A stretch of 64,000 bases of DNA from an uncultured Gammaproteobacteria bacterium (GTDB lineage Bacteria; Patescibacteriota; Patescibacteriia; JAHIZJ01). The notes beneath the pieces are model-generated. The model was given only the letters and a program-made list of their open reading frames with translations. It was not told the origin of the DNA and ran no database searches. The number at the start of each line of letters is the position of its first letter. Positions within the stretch are counted from its first letter, which is position 1. A program made the position numbers and the translations under genes. The stretch covers positions 69,989 through 133,988 of the forward strand of contig CAZQLY010000001.1 of NCBI GenBank assembly GCA_964594455.1, in the 5' to 3' direction. Below, piece by piece: positions 9,477-19,075 of the stretch.

Positions 9477-10280
9477 CTATTTTCTAAACTTTTGGAATAT
9501 CAAAACTGAAATAAACAACAGGGTTGATGTTAGCACTATGGTCGGACCGGTTGGTAGGTCTAAATAGTATGAAAGAATAATACCGGCCACCATTGTGATT
9601 TCAGCCAGTAATAAGGTAATGTACTCCAGGCTTTTGAGTGATTTAGCCAGTAGTTTGCCGGTAGAAGGCGGGATGATCAATAAGGCGCTGACTAAAATTA
9701 TTCCCAGCACTTTAACGCCCAGCACCACTGAAACGGACAAGGCAATATAAAGAGTTATTTCCAATAAGGTAACATTGATCCCGGCTAAGTAAGCGCTTTC
9801 CCGGTCAAATATCATCAGGGCAATCTTATTCTTCTTGGCGATATGCAACAAGATCAAAAGTGCCGCCACCACGCCAAAATATATTAATTCCGTGGTCTTG
9901 ATCGCCAGAATATTTCCGAATAAAAAGCTGATCAATTCAGGCTGATACCCCGATTGCAGACTGATCAACAAAACTCCCAGCGACATGCTGGCCGTAAAAA
10001 TAATTCCGATAATGGTGTCTGAAGACAGGACTGTTTTATTTTCTAGATAGTAAATAATAATTGCCAAGATAATGCCAAAGATAACCGCTACTGGCAGGGG
10101 GCTGACTCCAGTTATGATCCCGATAGCTATCCCGGCCAGTGAAGCGTGAGCAATCCCATCTCCAAAGAAAGCCATTTTTCTCAGCATGACAAAGATTCCC
10201 AAATAGGCCAGCAGTCCGGCTAATATCACGCCGGCTATTAGAGCTCGCTGAATAAATGGATATTGAAGCAACTCAATCAT
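9477..10280 (-). CDS. znuB: Zn/Mn ABC transporter permease
   Basis: FFGDGIAHASLAG, FLFGNIL and GIILVSALLIIP. Confidence 0.9.
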   Translation of the reverse strand: MIELLQYPFIQRALIAGVILAGLLAYLGIFVMLRKMAFFGDGIAHASLAGIAIGIITGVSPLPVAVIFGIILAIIIYYLENKTVLSSDTIIGIIFTASMSLGVLLISLQSGYQPELISFLFGNILAIKTTELIYFGVVAALLILLHIAKKNKIALMIFDRESAYLAGINVTLLEITLYIALSVSVVLGVKVLGIILVSALLIIPPSTGKLLAKSLKSLEYITLLLAEITMVAGIILSYYLDLPTGPTIVLTSTLLFISVLIFQKFRK

Positions 10281-10989
10281 GTTTGGGATATTTATGTTGA
10301 TAGAGCGCTACATCTTGGCTATAAAGTGATTTCAACGTGTTTTCGTTGATTACATTTTCCGGTTTACCCGTGCATATAAGTTTACGATTCAAACAGATTA
10401 CCTGAGAAGCGTATTGGAAAACTATGTCGATTTCATGAGAAACCAGCACAACCGTAACATCGTGTTCGGTATTAAGATGTTTAATCAGATCATAGAAATT
10501 TTTCTCTCCCGTGATATCAATGCCGGAGACCGGCTCGTCAAAGAAAATTATCTTTGGCTCATTTACCAGCGCTCGGGCAATTAACACCCTTTGTATTTGA
10601 CCGCCTGATAATTTGCCAAGAATGAGATCTTGTTTCCCAGACAGGCCAACTTCTTTTAATGGGATATTAGTATCAGAATTTCTGTGTTTATCGTCTAGCG
10701 ACAATTTTAAAAATTCCCCAACTGTGATTGGGTAGGTTTTATCAAAGCTGAATCTTTGAGGGACGTAGGCAATATCTTGTCTAGCTAATGAAGGTTTTTT
10801 GTCCAGAATTGAGATTTCTCCATCTGATGGTATTAATCCGAGTAAAGCTTTTAATAATGTTGTCTTGCCAGAGCCATTGGGTCCAATCACTGCACAAATA
10901 GATTTTTCTTCCACTGTAAAATTAAGTCTTTCTAAGACAGTAAGATTGCCGTATTTGACTGTCAGGTTTTTTACTTGGACAGCTAGCAT
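10273..10989 (-). CDS. znuC: Zn/Mn ABC transporter ATP-binding protein
   Basis: GPNGSGKTT, YVPQ, LSGGQIQR and FDEP. Confidence 0.9.
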   Translation of the reverse strand: MLAVQVKNLTVKYGNLTVLERLNFTVEEKSICAVIGPNGSGKTTLLKALLGLIPSDGEISILDKKPSLARQDIAYVPQRFSFDKTYPITVGEFLKLSLDDKHRNSDTNIPLKEVGLSGKQDLILGKLSGGQIQRVLIARALVNEPKIIFFDEPVSGIDITGEKNFYDLIKHLNTEHDVTVVLVSHEIDIVFQYASQVICLNRKLICTGKPENVINENTLKSLYSQDVALYQHKYPKHD

Positions 10990-11934
10990 TTATTTTAGCG
11001 AGCTGATAATAATATCTGTATTATATTTTATCAGTTCAATATAACTTTGTCGATTATCTAAGCCTCCGAGGGGATCAAGGATCGCTAAACTGAGATCCAA
11101 GTCATTAGCAAAAGGCTGCAAGGTTTCATTAGATAGTTGTGGTTCGGAAAAAACAACTTTAATATCATGTTCGGTAATTTCTTCCTGGAACTTAACTAAA
11201 TATTGAGGGCTGGGTTCTTGACCAGGAAAAGGCTCAAAAGTGGTCACAATTTCTAAACCCATTTCATCAGCGAAATATTGCCAGGCATCATGAAAAGTAG
11301 CCATTTTTTTGTTAGTCAGTGAACTGAAGCGGTTGAGGGATTCATCTTTCAGATCATTCAGCGAATCAAAGTAGGTGTTTAAGTTTTCTTCAAAATATTC
11401 TTTGAACTCAGGAAATTTTGCTTCTAAACTAGACGTAATATTGGCGGCGATAGTTCTTGCATTGTCAAGCGACAACCAGTAGTGCGGATCGGTTGCATCA
11501 GTCTGTTCCTGATCTTCTTCATGCTCTTCCTCTTCTTCCCCGTCTTCATGTTCGTGAATGTGACCCGATTCTTTCAAGACAATATTTTCACTTACTATGG
11601 ATATTTCTATGTTTGGCCAGGTGTCGACCATATCCTCAACCCAATCATCGAGACCATATCCAATACCAAACACTATTTCTGATTGACTCAATTCTTTTAC
11701 TTTAGCCGGAGTGAGTTCAAAAGTATGAGGGCTGCTGCCTGAGGGGAGTATTTGAATGACGTCGATTTTGTCACCAGCAATGTTGGAAGTTATGTCAGCC
11801 AACGGAAAAATAGTAGCGGCGACAGTTGGTTGATCAGTTTCATCATCGGTTTTGCTGACAGTTAGAATAATTACTAATACCGCGATTATCAAAAGAACAA
11901 CCAGAATGATTTTTTGTATGAGATTGTTTTTCAT
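10990..11934 (-). CDS. znuA: Zn ABC transporter substrate-binding protein
   Basis: SPHTFE, His/Glu-rich loop, DPHYWL, HDAW and LDPLG. Confidence 0.9.
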   Translation of the reverse strand: MKNNLIQKIILVVLLIIAVLVIILTVSKTDDETDQPTVAATIFPLADITSNIAGDKIDVIQILPSGSSPHTFELTPAKVKELSQSEIVFGIGYGLDDWVEDMVDTWPNIEISIVSENIVLKESGHIHEHEDGEEEEEHEEDQEQTDATDPHYWLSLDNARTIAANITSSLEAKFPEFKEYFEENLNTYFDSLNDLKDESLNRFSSLTNKKMATFHDAWQYFADEMGLEIVTTFEPFPGQEPSPQYLVKFQEEITEHDIKVVFSEPQLSNETLQPFANDLDLSLAILDPLGGLDNRQSYIELIKYNTDIIISSLK

Positions 11935-11939
11935 AGTGG

Positions 11940-12356
11940 TTATTTACATTTAGGACAAAGCCCAAAGAATTCCAGCGAATGCGAAGAGAGCTCAAATTCT
12001 TTTGACTTTAATTTGCTTATTATTAGATTAACTTCGCTGGCACAGTCGAACTCTTCGGTTCGACCGCATTTTTGACAAACAATATGATGATGGTGTTCTT
12101 TGGCAATTTCGTAGAGCTTGTGCTTGTCATTGTAGCCAAGTTCATCAATGATTCCTAGATCGCGCAAGAAATATAACTCGCGGTAAACAGTCGTTTTGTT
12201 TAATATAATATTCCTGGCTGACAACTGTTTTAAGATTTCTGATGCTGACAAATGCGCATCACTTTTTAATAGCAAGGATACTATAGCTTGCCTGGATTTG
12301 GTTATCCTATAGCCCAGATCTTTTATCTTATTTAATGGGGGAGAACTATTATTCAT
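11940..12356 (-). CDS. zur: Fur-family regulator (probable Zur)
   Basis: RITKSR, TTVYREL, HHHHIVCQKCG and C-terminal CPKC; heads the znu operon; start corrected to MNNSS. Confidence 0.8.
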   Translation of the reverse strand: MNNSSPPLNKIKDLGYRITKSRQAIVSLLLKSDAHLSASEILKQLSARNIILNKTTVYRELYFLRDLGIIDELGYNDKHKLYEIAKEHHHHIVCQKCGRTEEFDCASEVNLIISKLKSKEFELSSHSLEFFGLCPKCK

Positions 12357-12369
12357 ATATATACATAAT

Positions 12370-12388
12370 AATGCAACTCGGTTGCATT
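12370..12388. promoter_or_regulatory. Putative Fur/Zur operator
   Basis: Perfect inverted repeat AATGCAAC-TCG-GTTGCATT just upstream of the zur-znu operon start. Confidence 0.65.
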
Positions 12389-12489
12389 TGTCAAATATAA
12401 AAATTAACATGATATTGGCTAAAAACAAAAAGTATGATACTATCATACAAGGAGTAAGTTCTTTTGTTAATTGCCAAGGAGGATGGGGT

Positions 12490-12993
12490 ATGGAGCAAGG
12501 AACTCTAAATAGGGAGTTTGCTGGTTGTGATGATCTCTGTCGCACGGTTGTTGATAGAACAGTCCCGGTGCCTGAGCTGATTGCCCAATCGGGTTGCAGC
12601 TGGGAATCCCAAGGCCTGGATCTGGAGCAATTTCCAGCCTTAGAAGAGACGTCTGAATCAGTGCTCAAAGTGTGTATCACCAATGAATCTCTTCCTCACT
12701 GGAAAGTCTGCGAGCTAATCCAGCAAACGGGGCTTTACATTACGGCAGACCTTTGGGACCTGATAGCTTTTTGGAAAGCCTATCAGGCTCAGGAAGTAAC
12801 CCTTGGACCCGAACTGCCCCTAGGTTGGCTTTGGGCCTTGGGACCACCTTGGCTCTATTTTCCCGATCGGAGAAACTACTTCTTCAAGCTTGACCTAAAT
12901 AATGGTCAGCTGGTGGCGGCACCTTTAACTCTCCAAGGATTGAGTTTTGAATCCGGTACCCTCTTTCTGATTCGTCGTTGTCGAGACGAATAG
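12490..12993 (+). CDS. Hypothetical orphan protein
   Basis: TTGGCT-17-TACTAT promoter, AAGGAGG SD before ATG 12490, terminator at ~12995-13025. Confidence 0.6.
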   Translation: MEQGTLNREFAGCDDLCRTVVDRTVPVPELIAQSGCSWESQGLDLEQFPALEETSESVLKVCITNESLPHWKVCELIQQTGLYITADLWDLIAFWKAYQAQEVTLGPELPLGWLWALGPPWLYFPDRRNYFFKLDLNNGQLVAAPLTLQGLSFESGTLFLIRRCRDE

Positions 12994-13066
12994 ATCCGTG
13001 GCGTAAACGCGCTCGGATTTTTTTTGAAAAATATCATCCGATATGGTATTATTTAGGCATAAAAAT

Positions 13067-13738
13067 ATGGCAGAGTCTATTTTTTCTGTAAAAAAACTAT
13101 CCAAAACATATAAATTGGGTGATATAAGAGTAAAGGCGCTACGCGCGGTTTCTTTTGATATCCAGAGAGGTGAATTTTTAATTATTACCGGTAGAAATGG
13201 TTCGGGTAAGTCTACGCTCTTACATCAATTGGGCTTGCTGGATTTTCCAGATGGTGGAGAAATTTATTTCGAGAATAAGGAGGTAGTTGGGATGAAAGAA
13301 AAATATAGACGGATGTTGAGGCTAAACGATATTGGATATATTTTTCAGAATTATGCCTTAATAGCAGAATTGACAGCACTGGAGAATGTTATGCTGCCAG
13401 CCATGATGATCAAAGATCTAAAAACCTGCCGGCAGAATGCCGAAAAATTGTTGGTAAAAGTTGGATTGGGCAAAAGGTTAAAACATCTGACGAAACAATT
13501 ATCTGGCGGAGAGCAGCAGAAAGTGGCGATTGCCCGGGCTTTGATCAATAATCCTAAAGTGATATTTGCTGACGAGCCAACAGCTAATTTGGATACTACG
13601 GCCGCCAAAGACGTTATGCAGATATTCCAGAAATTAAATAAAGATGAAGGACATACGATCATTATGGTAACCCATGAACCGGAAGAGACTATATATGCCA
13701 GCAAACAGATTAAATTATCAGATGGAAAAATATTATGA
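13067..13738 (+). CDS. ABC transporter ATP-binding protein (MacB/LolD type)
   Basis: GRNGSGKST, IGYIFQ, LSGGEQQKVAIARAL and ADEPT. Confidence 0.9.
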   Translation: MAESIFSVKKLSKTYKLGDIRVKALRAVSFDIQRGEFLIITGRNGSGKSTLLHQLGLLDFPDGGEIYFENKEVVGMKEKYRRMLRLNDIGYIFQNYALIAELTALENVMLPAMMIKDLKTCRQNAEKLLVKVGLGKRLKHLTKQLSGGEQQKVAIARALINNPKVIFADEPTANLDTTAAKDVMQIFQKLNKDEGHTIIMVTHEPEETIYASKQIKLSDGKIL

Positions 13739-14934
13739 AGGGTGAGTCAAAAATTGCATTTTATTTAGCCTGGAGATTTCTTCAACGAGGCAATAAATGG
13801 ACTCTGCTGCTAATAATATTTTTAATGGCGATTGCATTTGTAAATTTAGTATTCGTGACTTCACTTTTTGACGGTATTGTAAAAGGGGCCAATGAACAGC
13901 TGATAAATACCTATACCGGCAATATATCAATGGTGCCATTGGAAGGTAATGAAGTAATAAATGATGTGGAAGATGTTCTAGAAAAAATTAGGAAAACTGA
14001 GGGAGTGAAAGCTGCTAGCTCCCAGTCATTTGTCCCCGCTTCATTAAAATATAAAAGTATTAGCGGTAATTGGCAGGTATTGGCTGTAGATCCTGAAGAC
14101 AAAAAAGAAGTACTAAACATATCGCAAAAAATGATTTCCGGGGAATATTTGGATGATTCGCCTGATGAAATTGTTATAGGAAGGCAAATCGCTGGCGGCG
14201 AGGGTGTGGAAATGGACGCTTTTTCTTTCAAAGATGCGCAAGTAGGTGATAAAGTCAGGCTTTCGTTTGACAGCGTTTCAAAAGAACTAACGATAAAGGG
14301 AATATTTTACACGAAATTTATAGATACTGATCAAAGAGCCTTTATCAATAAAAAAACACTAGTCGATCTGGTTCCGGGAATAGAAGATACCGCTACCAAT
14401 ATAATCATTCGCATAAATGAATCAGAAACAGAAAAAAATGTGATTGAACGTTTGGAAGATGAGAATCTTAATGGAAGATTCTTCAGCTGGGATGAAGTTT
14501 CGGGGTTGATGGATACAGTAACCGATAGCTTTTTGTTCGTAAACGCTTTATTGACTACGGTTGGCATATTGATAGCCGCCGTCACTATTTTTATAGTTAT
14601 CTATATTGATATTTTTTCAAAAAAACAGCAGATTGGAGTCTTACGAGCCATCGGTATTAAATCATATTTGATCCGTTCCGCTTATGTTATATTAACGGCT
14701 ATTTATTCAGTTTTAGGAGTCGCCTTGGGGCTAGCTATTTTGTTTGGAATTCTGATACCTTATTTTAAAGCTTATCCGTTTGAACTACCTATCGGAGACT
14801 CGACCTTGGCGGTTAATACTGTAGATTTGATATTTCGAGCCGAGCTGATTATCTGGGTGGCGATTGGTTCGGGGCTAATTCCAGCTTTAATAATAACAAG
14901 GGTAAAAATACTCAACGCTATCTTTAATAAATAG
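13735..14934 (+). CDS. FtsX/MacB-like ABC permease
   Basis: 1+3 TM topology and QIGVLRAIG motif. Confidence 0.85.
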   Translation: MKGESKIAFYLAWRFLQRGNKWTLLLIIFLMAIAFVNLVFVTSLFDGIVKGANEQLINTYTGNISMVPLEGNEVINDVEDVLEKIRKTEGVKAASSQSFVPASLKYKSISGNWQVLAVDPEDKKEVLNISQKMISGEYLDDSPDEIVIGRQIAGGEGVEMDAFSFKDAQVGDKVRLSFDSVSKELTIKGIFYTKFIDTDQRAFINKKTLVDLVPGIEDTATNIIIRINESETEKNVIERLEDENLNGRFFSWDEVSGLMDTVTDSFLFVNALLTTVGILIAAVTIFIVIYIDIFSKKQQIGVLRAIGIKSYLIRSAYVILTAIYSVLGVALGLAILFGILIPYFKAYPFELPIGDSTLAVNTVDLIFRAELIIWVAIGSGLIPALIITRVKILNAIFNK

Positions 14935-14940
14935 TCCAAT

Positions 14941-14976
14941 AAAAAACATCAGCCTCTTTAAGACCGATGTTTTTTT
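14941..14976. terminator. Bidirectional intrinsic terminator
   Basis: A6-CATC...GATG-T7 between convergent genes. Confidence 0.6.
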
Positions 14977-14985
14977 ATATTGCTA

Positions 14986-15327
14986 CTATTTTACTTCTTT
15001 GACGATAGCTTCAAATATATTGGAATGATTCATGGCTAGCTCAGCTAGAACTTTGCGATCTAGTTCAATCTTGTTCTTTTTTAAAGCGTTCATAAAGACC
15101 GAATAGCTCATCCCGTGCTGGCGGACAGTGGCATTGATCCGAACCTGCCAGAGGTTGCGAAAAGCTCTCTTTTTCACCCGGCGGTCGCGATAGGCTTGGG
15201 ACCCAGCTTTGGTAACGGCTACTTTGGCCAGCTTAGGCTTGCTCTTGCGGCCCCAGCGATATCCTTTAGCTTTCTTTAGAAGATTGCGTCGTCTTTTGGT
15301 ATGGGTTGTTCCACGTTTTACTCGCAT
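14986..15327 (-). CDS. rplT: 50S ribosomal protein L20
   Basis: [22 protein letters not shown] and [10 protein letters not shown]. Confidence 0.97.
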   Translation of the reverse strand: MRVKRGTTHTKRRRNLLKKAKGYRWGRKSKPKLAKVAVTKAGSQAYRDRRVKKRAFRNLWQVRINATVRQHGMSYSVFMNALKKNKIELDRKVLAELAMNHSNIFEAIVKEVK

Positions 15328-15332
15328 ACAGT

Positions 15333-15415
15333 TAATGAAGAATTAAGAATTACGAATTAATAATGAAGAATTAGGGTTTATAAACATTTTTAATTCTTCA
15401 TTTTTCATTTTTTTA
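15333..15415. repeat. AT-rich heptamer tandem repeats arranged as an inverted pair
   Basis: AAGAATT/AATGAAG-like units followed by complementary AATTCTT/CATTTTT units. Confidence 0.6.
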
Positions 15416-15613
15416 TTATTTATAAGGCATTAACCGCCTAAGGCTGCGGGTATTGCTTTTGGCAGACACTTTATCGCGTCTTTTGTTGCGGGTAGTTGAT
15501 CCGCGTTCTCGAGAATTAAAATGATCCTGGCCAGCTTGGCGCTGAAGAATCTTTTTTTTGGATGTAACCTTGAAACGTTTGCTAGTTCCTTTATGGGTTT
15601 TCAGTTTCGGCAT
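15416..15613 (-). CDS. rpmI: 50S ribosomal protein L35
   Basis: MPKLKTHKGTSKRFKVT. Confidence 0.97.
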   Translation of the reverse strand: MPKLKTHKGTSKRFKVTSKKKILQRQAGQDHFNSRERGSTTRNKRRDKVSAKSNTRSLRRLMPYK

Positions 15614-16116
15614 TATTTTCCTATTAACATTGTGAATCTTTTTCCCTGGCGAGTTAATGGCTGTTCGACCTTGGCGTTTCCAACCGCCTGGAGAAATTCG
15701 TTGATTTTTTGCTTAGCCCTGTCTACGTGCTGCATTTCACGTCCGCGAAGTATCATCTCGATGCGCACCTTATCTCCCGCTTCTAGAAACTTGATCGCTT
15801 GATTGATGCGGTGTTCAAAGTCGTGCTGGCCGATTTTCAGAGATATACGGATACCTTTGACATCAATCTTTCTCTGTTTGGCTTTTGATTTACGCTCGGC
15901 TTTTTCCTGACGATATTTGAAGGCGCCGAAGTTATCAAGTTTGCAGACCGGAGGATCGGCCTGAGGAGCTATTTCGACTAAATCAAAACCGCGTTCTTGC
16001 GCCAAGCGCAAGGCCTCATCAGTACGAAGAACCCCGAGCTGTACTCCATTTTCATCGATCACTCGTACCTGAGGTACGCGGATGTATTGATTAATCCGTG
16101 TTCTGTTCTTGCTAAT
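15613..16116 (-). CDS. infC: Translation initiation factor IF-3 (ATT start)
   Basis: In-frame ATT at 16116 just after an upstream TAG gives ISKNRTRINQYIRVPQVRVID...DLVEIAPQADPPVCK...RGRE. Confidence 0.95.
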   Translation of the reverse strand: MSKNRTRINQYIRVPQVRVIDENGVQLGVLRTDEALRLAQERGFDLVEIAPQADPPVCKLDNFGAFKYRQEKAERKSKAKQRKIDVKGIRISLKIGQHDFEHRINQAIKFLEAGDKVRIEMILRGREMQHVDRAKQKINEFLQAVGNAKVEQPLTRQGKRFTMLIGK

Positions 16117-16245
16117 TGTCTAGAAACTTAATTGTTATATTTGGCTGTGCCATCCGAAGCGCACTGTATTTGTGCATGTTTTACGGCACAATTGTTGCTC
16201 TCCTGCGCTGAAGCTACGGAGAGTATCCTTCGCTTATGCGAAGGA

Positions 16246-16635
16246 TGGTGGAGATGAGGGGAATTTCACCCCTGTCTGGAAAGGTCTCCAAAAACCTTCT
16301 ACCAACATAGTCTGTTTATAAGGATTCGAGCAACAAGGTCGAAACAGACAAAAAACTTGTTACTCTAGTCTCAGTTGCCCAGAACGATCTGCTGAAACAC
16401 CTAGATCGTTAGCCCTGATAAATGACACCCGGGTTTCTCCTATCAGGAGTCAGAGAATCGGATGGTCGCTGGTTATTTAAGCAGCGACAGGAGCTAAGCT
16501 AAATGATGCGAAAGCATTCTTTAGTTTAGCCAATTTTGACTTGGCATTTGTCTTGTGACCAGTTTTTTTACAGAGATCTGAGACTCTGATTGGCCGGTGT
16601 TTGAATGTGCTTTCCGTCGATTATTAAACATCCCC
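16246..16635 (-). ncRNA. ssrA: tmRNA
   Basis: 5' GGGGATG pairs with 3' CATCTCC-ACCA including the G3:U wobble; tag frame 16545-16477 = AKSKLAKLKNAFASFSLAPVAA*; adjacent to smpB. Confidence 0.95.
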
Positions 16636-16642
16636 GGAATAT

Positions 16643-16748
16643 TGCTCTCAGAATTCGACACATTTCATCGTTGACAGTTTCGGTGCTCATTATTACGGCT
16701 TATTCCGCTCCTCACTGTCGCCTCGATCTGTATCAAATTCTGAGAGCA
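16643..16748. repeat. ~106-bp hairpin / MITE-like inverted repeat between smpB and ssrA
   Basis: TGCTCTCAGAATT...AATTCTGAGAGCA 13-bp perfect arms with further inner pairing (GACAGT/ACTGTC). Confidence 0.6.
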
Positions 16749-16753
16749 TGCTA

Positions 16754-17200
16754 CTACCTTTTTAAAGCTCGGCGAATGCGTCGATCGGTTTCGCGTTTCT
16801 TTATTGTTTCACGCTTATCTGACTTCTTTTTTCCGCGTCCGATTCCGCCCTTGAGCTTAATCAGGCTGCCTCTAGTATATAGAGACAAGGGCATTAATGT
16901 CAAGCCTTGAGAGGCTCCTTTCCCGATCAGGCTTTTTATCTCACTTTTTTTCAAAAGAAGCTGGCGTTCGCGAGTGGGTTTATACTTTCTCTGGACGCTT
17001 TTGGCGTATTTATAAGGTGAGATATGACAATTGACCAGAATCGGAACATTATTCCTGATAGATATGTAGCTCCCTTTGAGTTGTACTTGTCCGCTTTTCA
17101 CAGATTTCACCTCGGGTCCAGTCAATACAATACCGGCCTCGAATTCGTCTTGAATATCGTAGCTGTACCGAGCGTATTTATTTGTGGCTAAAGTTGGCAT
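16754..17200 (-). CDS. smpB: SsrA-binding protein
   Basis: EAGIVLTGPEVKS, RQLLL and GKKKSDKRE. Confidence 0.97.
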   Translation of the reverse strand: MPTLATNKYARYSYDIQDEFEAGIVLTGPEVKSVKSGQVQLKGSYISIRNNVPILVNCHISPYKYAKSVQRKYKPTRERQLLLKKSEIKSLIGKGASQGLTLMPLSLYTRGSLIKLKGGIGRGKKKSDKRETIKKRETDRRIRRALKR

Positions 17201-17299
17201 CGCATTTGTAGTTTATCACGTTAGTAAGGGATGTAAACAGTCATTTGACGATCAAGTCATAATATTGTTTTATATAGAAAAATTGGTTATAATAGCCGC

Positions 17300-18955
17300 A
17301 TGCTTAGAGACGATATCGCCAAACAATTACAGCGTGTTTGTTTTGAACTCTGGCCGCATTTGAAAGAAGAGGTTGGGGAAGATTTTTTTGTTAAAACTAT
17401 CGAGCTAACTAAAGATGAAAAGTATGGTGATGTTTCTTCCACCATTGCCATGCAGCTGGCCAAAAAGGTGTCAGCCAATCCTTTGGAGCTAGCCGAAAAG
17501 ATAATAGGATCAACTAGTCAGAATTTCCAGAAACAGTTCAATCGGATCGAGGTAGCGGTTCCGGGTTTTATTAATTTTACTTTGAGCAAAGCCTGGCTGA
17601 ATCAGCAGGTCAGCCAAATTATTGAACAGGGCACTACTTTTGGAAAAAGTGATTTAGGCCAGGGGCAAAAGGTGCAAGTGGAATTCATCTCCGCCAATCC
17701 GACCGGCCCGCTCCACTTAGGCAATGGCCGAGGAGCGTTTATGGGAGATGTTTTGTCCAGCATATTGTCCAGCCAGGGCTATACTGTTCGCAGAGAATAT
17801 TATGTTAACGATATAGGCAATCAGGTGGAGGTATTGGCCGAATCAGTCATCCGCCGGTATCTGCAGCAGACAGAACTGAAAGTCGATTACCCGGCGCGCT
17901 GCTATCAGGGTAATTATGTTATTGACCTGGCCAACAAGCTAAAGCTCCAAGAAGCTAAGCTCAACGATATCAACCGGACCAAGAAAAGGATCAAAGAAAA
18001 GGTTCTGAAGATGATGATTTCTCAGATCCAAAAAGTGGTCGAGAAAAAATTGGATATAAAATTTCATCAGTGGTTTTACGAAAGTGATTTGTACAAAAAA
18101 GGGATTGTCAAAGAAGTTCTGGCTCGGTTGAAAGAAAAAGACCTGATTTATAAATCCGAGGGCGCTACCTGGCTGAAAACCAGCCAATTTGGTGATGAAA
18201 AAGACCGAGTGCTTATCAAAGCCAATCGTGAATATACTTATTTCATTTCCGATATCGCTTATCACTGGAACAAGTTCGTCCAGCGGAAGTTTGATCGGGT
18301 GATTGATTTCTGGGGGGCTGATCATCAAGGCCACGTTATTAGAATGCACGCCATGAAAAAGGCTTTGGACATGCCGGGCCGCCTGGACCTGATAGTTTTT
18401 CAGTTGGTTCGCTTGATATCCCAGAATCAGGAAGTAAAAATGTCCAAGCGCAGCGGCACGTTTGTCACGTTGGAAGAATTAGTGGACGAAGTAGGCCTGG
18501 ACGTAGCCAGGTTTTTCTTTCTCATGCGTTCGGCTGATACTCATATGGATTTTGATCTGGATCTGGCCAAGGAACGCTCAGAAAAAAACCCCGTCTACTA
18601 TGTCCAATATGCGCACGCTCGGATATGTAGTATAATGAAACAAAAGGAACTGAGGCGAGCGCCCAAAGGCAAGAAACAGCTGGGTCAATATGACCATAAA
18701 GCCGAGGTGGATTTGATAAAAGAGCTAGTGCGTTTCCCGGATCTTTTGGCTGATATCAGCGATAGCTATGAAATACAGAGATTGCCTTTTTATTCAGTCC
18801 GGCTGGCGGAATTGTTCCATAACTTCTATACTCAATGTCGGGTGATCGATGATGGAAAGGTGAATTGGGACCGGGTCGCGCTGATAAAAGCCACGCGAGT
18901 AGTATTGCGCAACAGCTTGAAAATAATGAAGGTGTCCGCGCCAGTAAAGATGTAA
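17300..18955 (+). CDS. argS: Arginine--tRNA ligase
   Basis: VEFISANPTGPLHLGNGR, GADH, KMSKRSG and YYVQYAHAR. Confidence 0.97.
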   Translation: MLRDDIAKQLQRVCFELWPHLKEEVGEDFFVKTIELTKDEKYGDVSSTIAMQLAKKVSANPLELAEKIIGSTSQNFQKQFNRIEVAVPGFINFTLSKAWLNQQVSQIIEQGTTFGKSDLGQGQKVQVEFISANPTGPLHLGNGRGAFMGDVLSSILSSQGYTVRREYYVNDIGNQVEVLAESVIRRYLQQTELKVDYPARCYQGNYVIDLANKLKLQEAKLNDINRTKKRIKEKVLKMMISQIQKVVEKKLDIKFHQWFYESDLYKKGIVKEVLARLKEKDLIYKSEGATWLKTSQFGDEKDRVLIKANREYTYFISDIAYHWNKFVQRKFDRVIDFWGADHQGHVIRMHAMKKALDMPGRLDLIVFQLVRLISQNQEVKMSKRSGTFVTLEELVDEVGLDVARFFFLMRSADTHMDFDLDLAKERSEKNPVYYVQYAHARICSIMKQKELRRAPKGKKQLGQYDHKAEVDLIKELVRFPDLLADISDSYEIQRLPFYSVRLAELFHNFYTQCRVIDDGKVNWDRVALIKATRVVLRNSLKIMKVSAPVKM

Positions 18956-18959
18956 GTAA

Positions 18960-19070
18960 CAATTCAAAATGAAAAATTAAAAATGAAGAATTGTTGCAGA
19001 TACTCTTTAATAAAAAAGAATAATAAGAACTTTCCTTAATTATTCATTCTTAATTCTTAATTATTAATTT
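18960..19070. repeat. AT-rich heptamer tandem repeats arranged as an inverted pair
   Basis: AAAATGA/AAAATTA/AAGAATT units, then ATTCTTA/ATTATTA units. Confidence 0.6.
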
Positions 19071-19075
19071 CCTCC

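Noticed and set aside
12357-12683. N-terminal extension of the Fur-family ORF
   Set aside because: Runs through the promoter/operator and the opposite-strand gene; the Fur domain starts at 12356.
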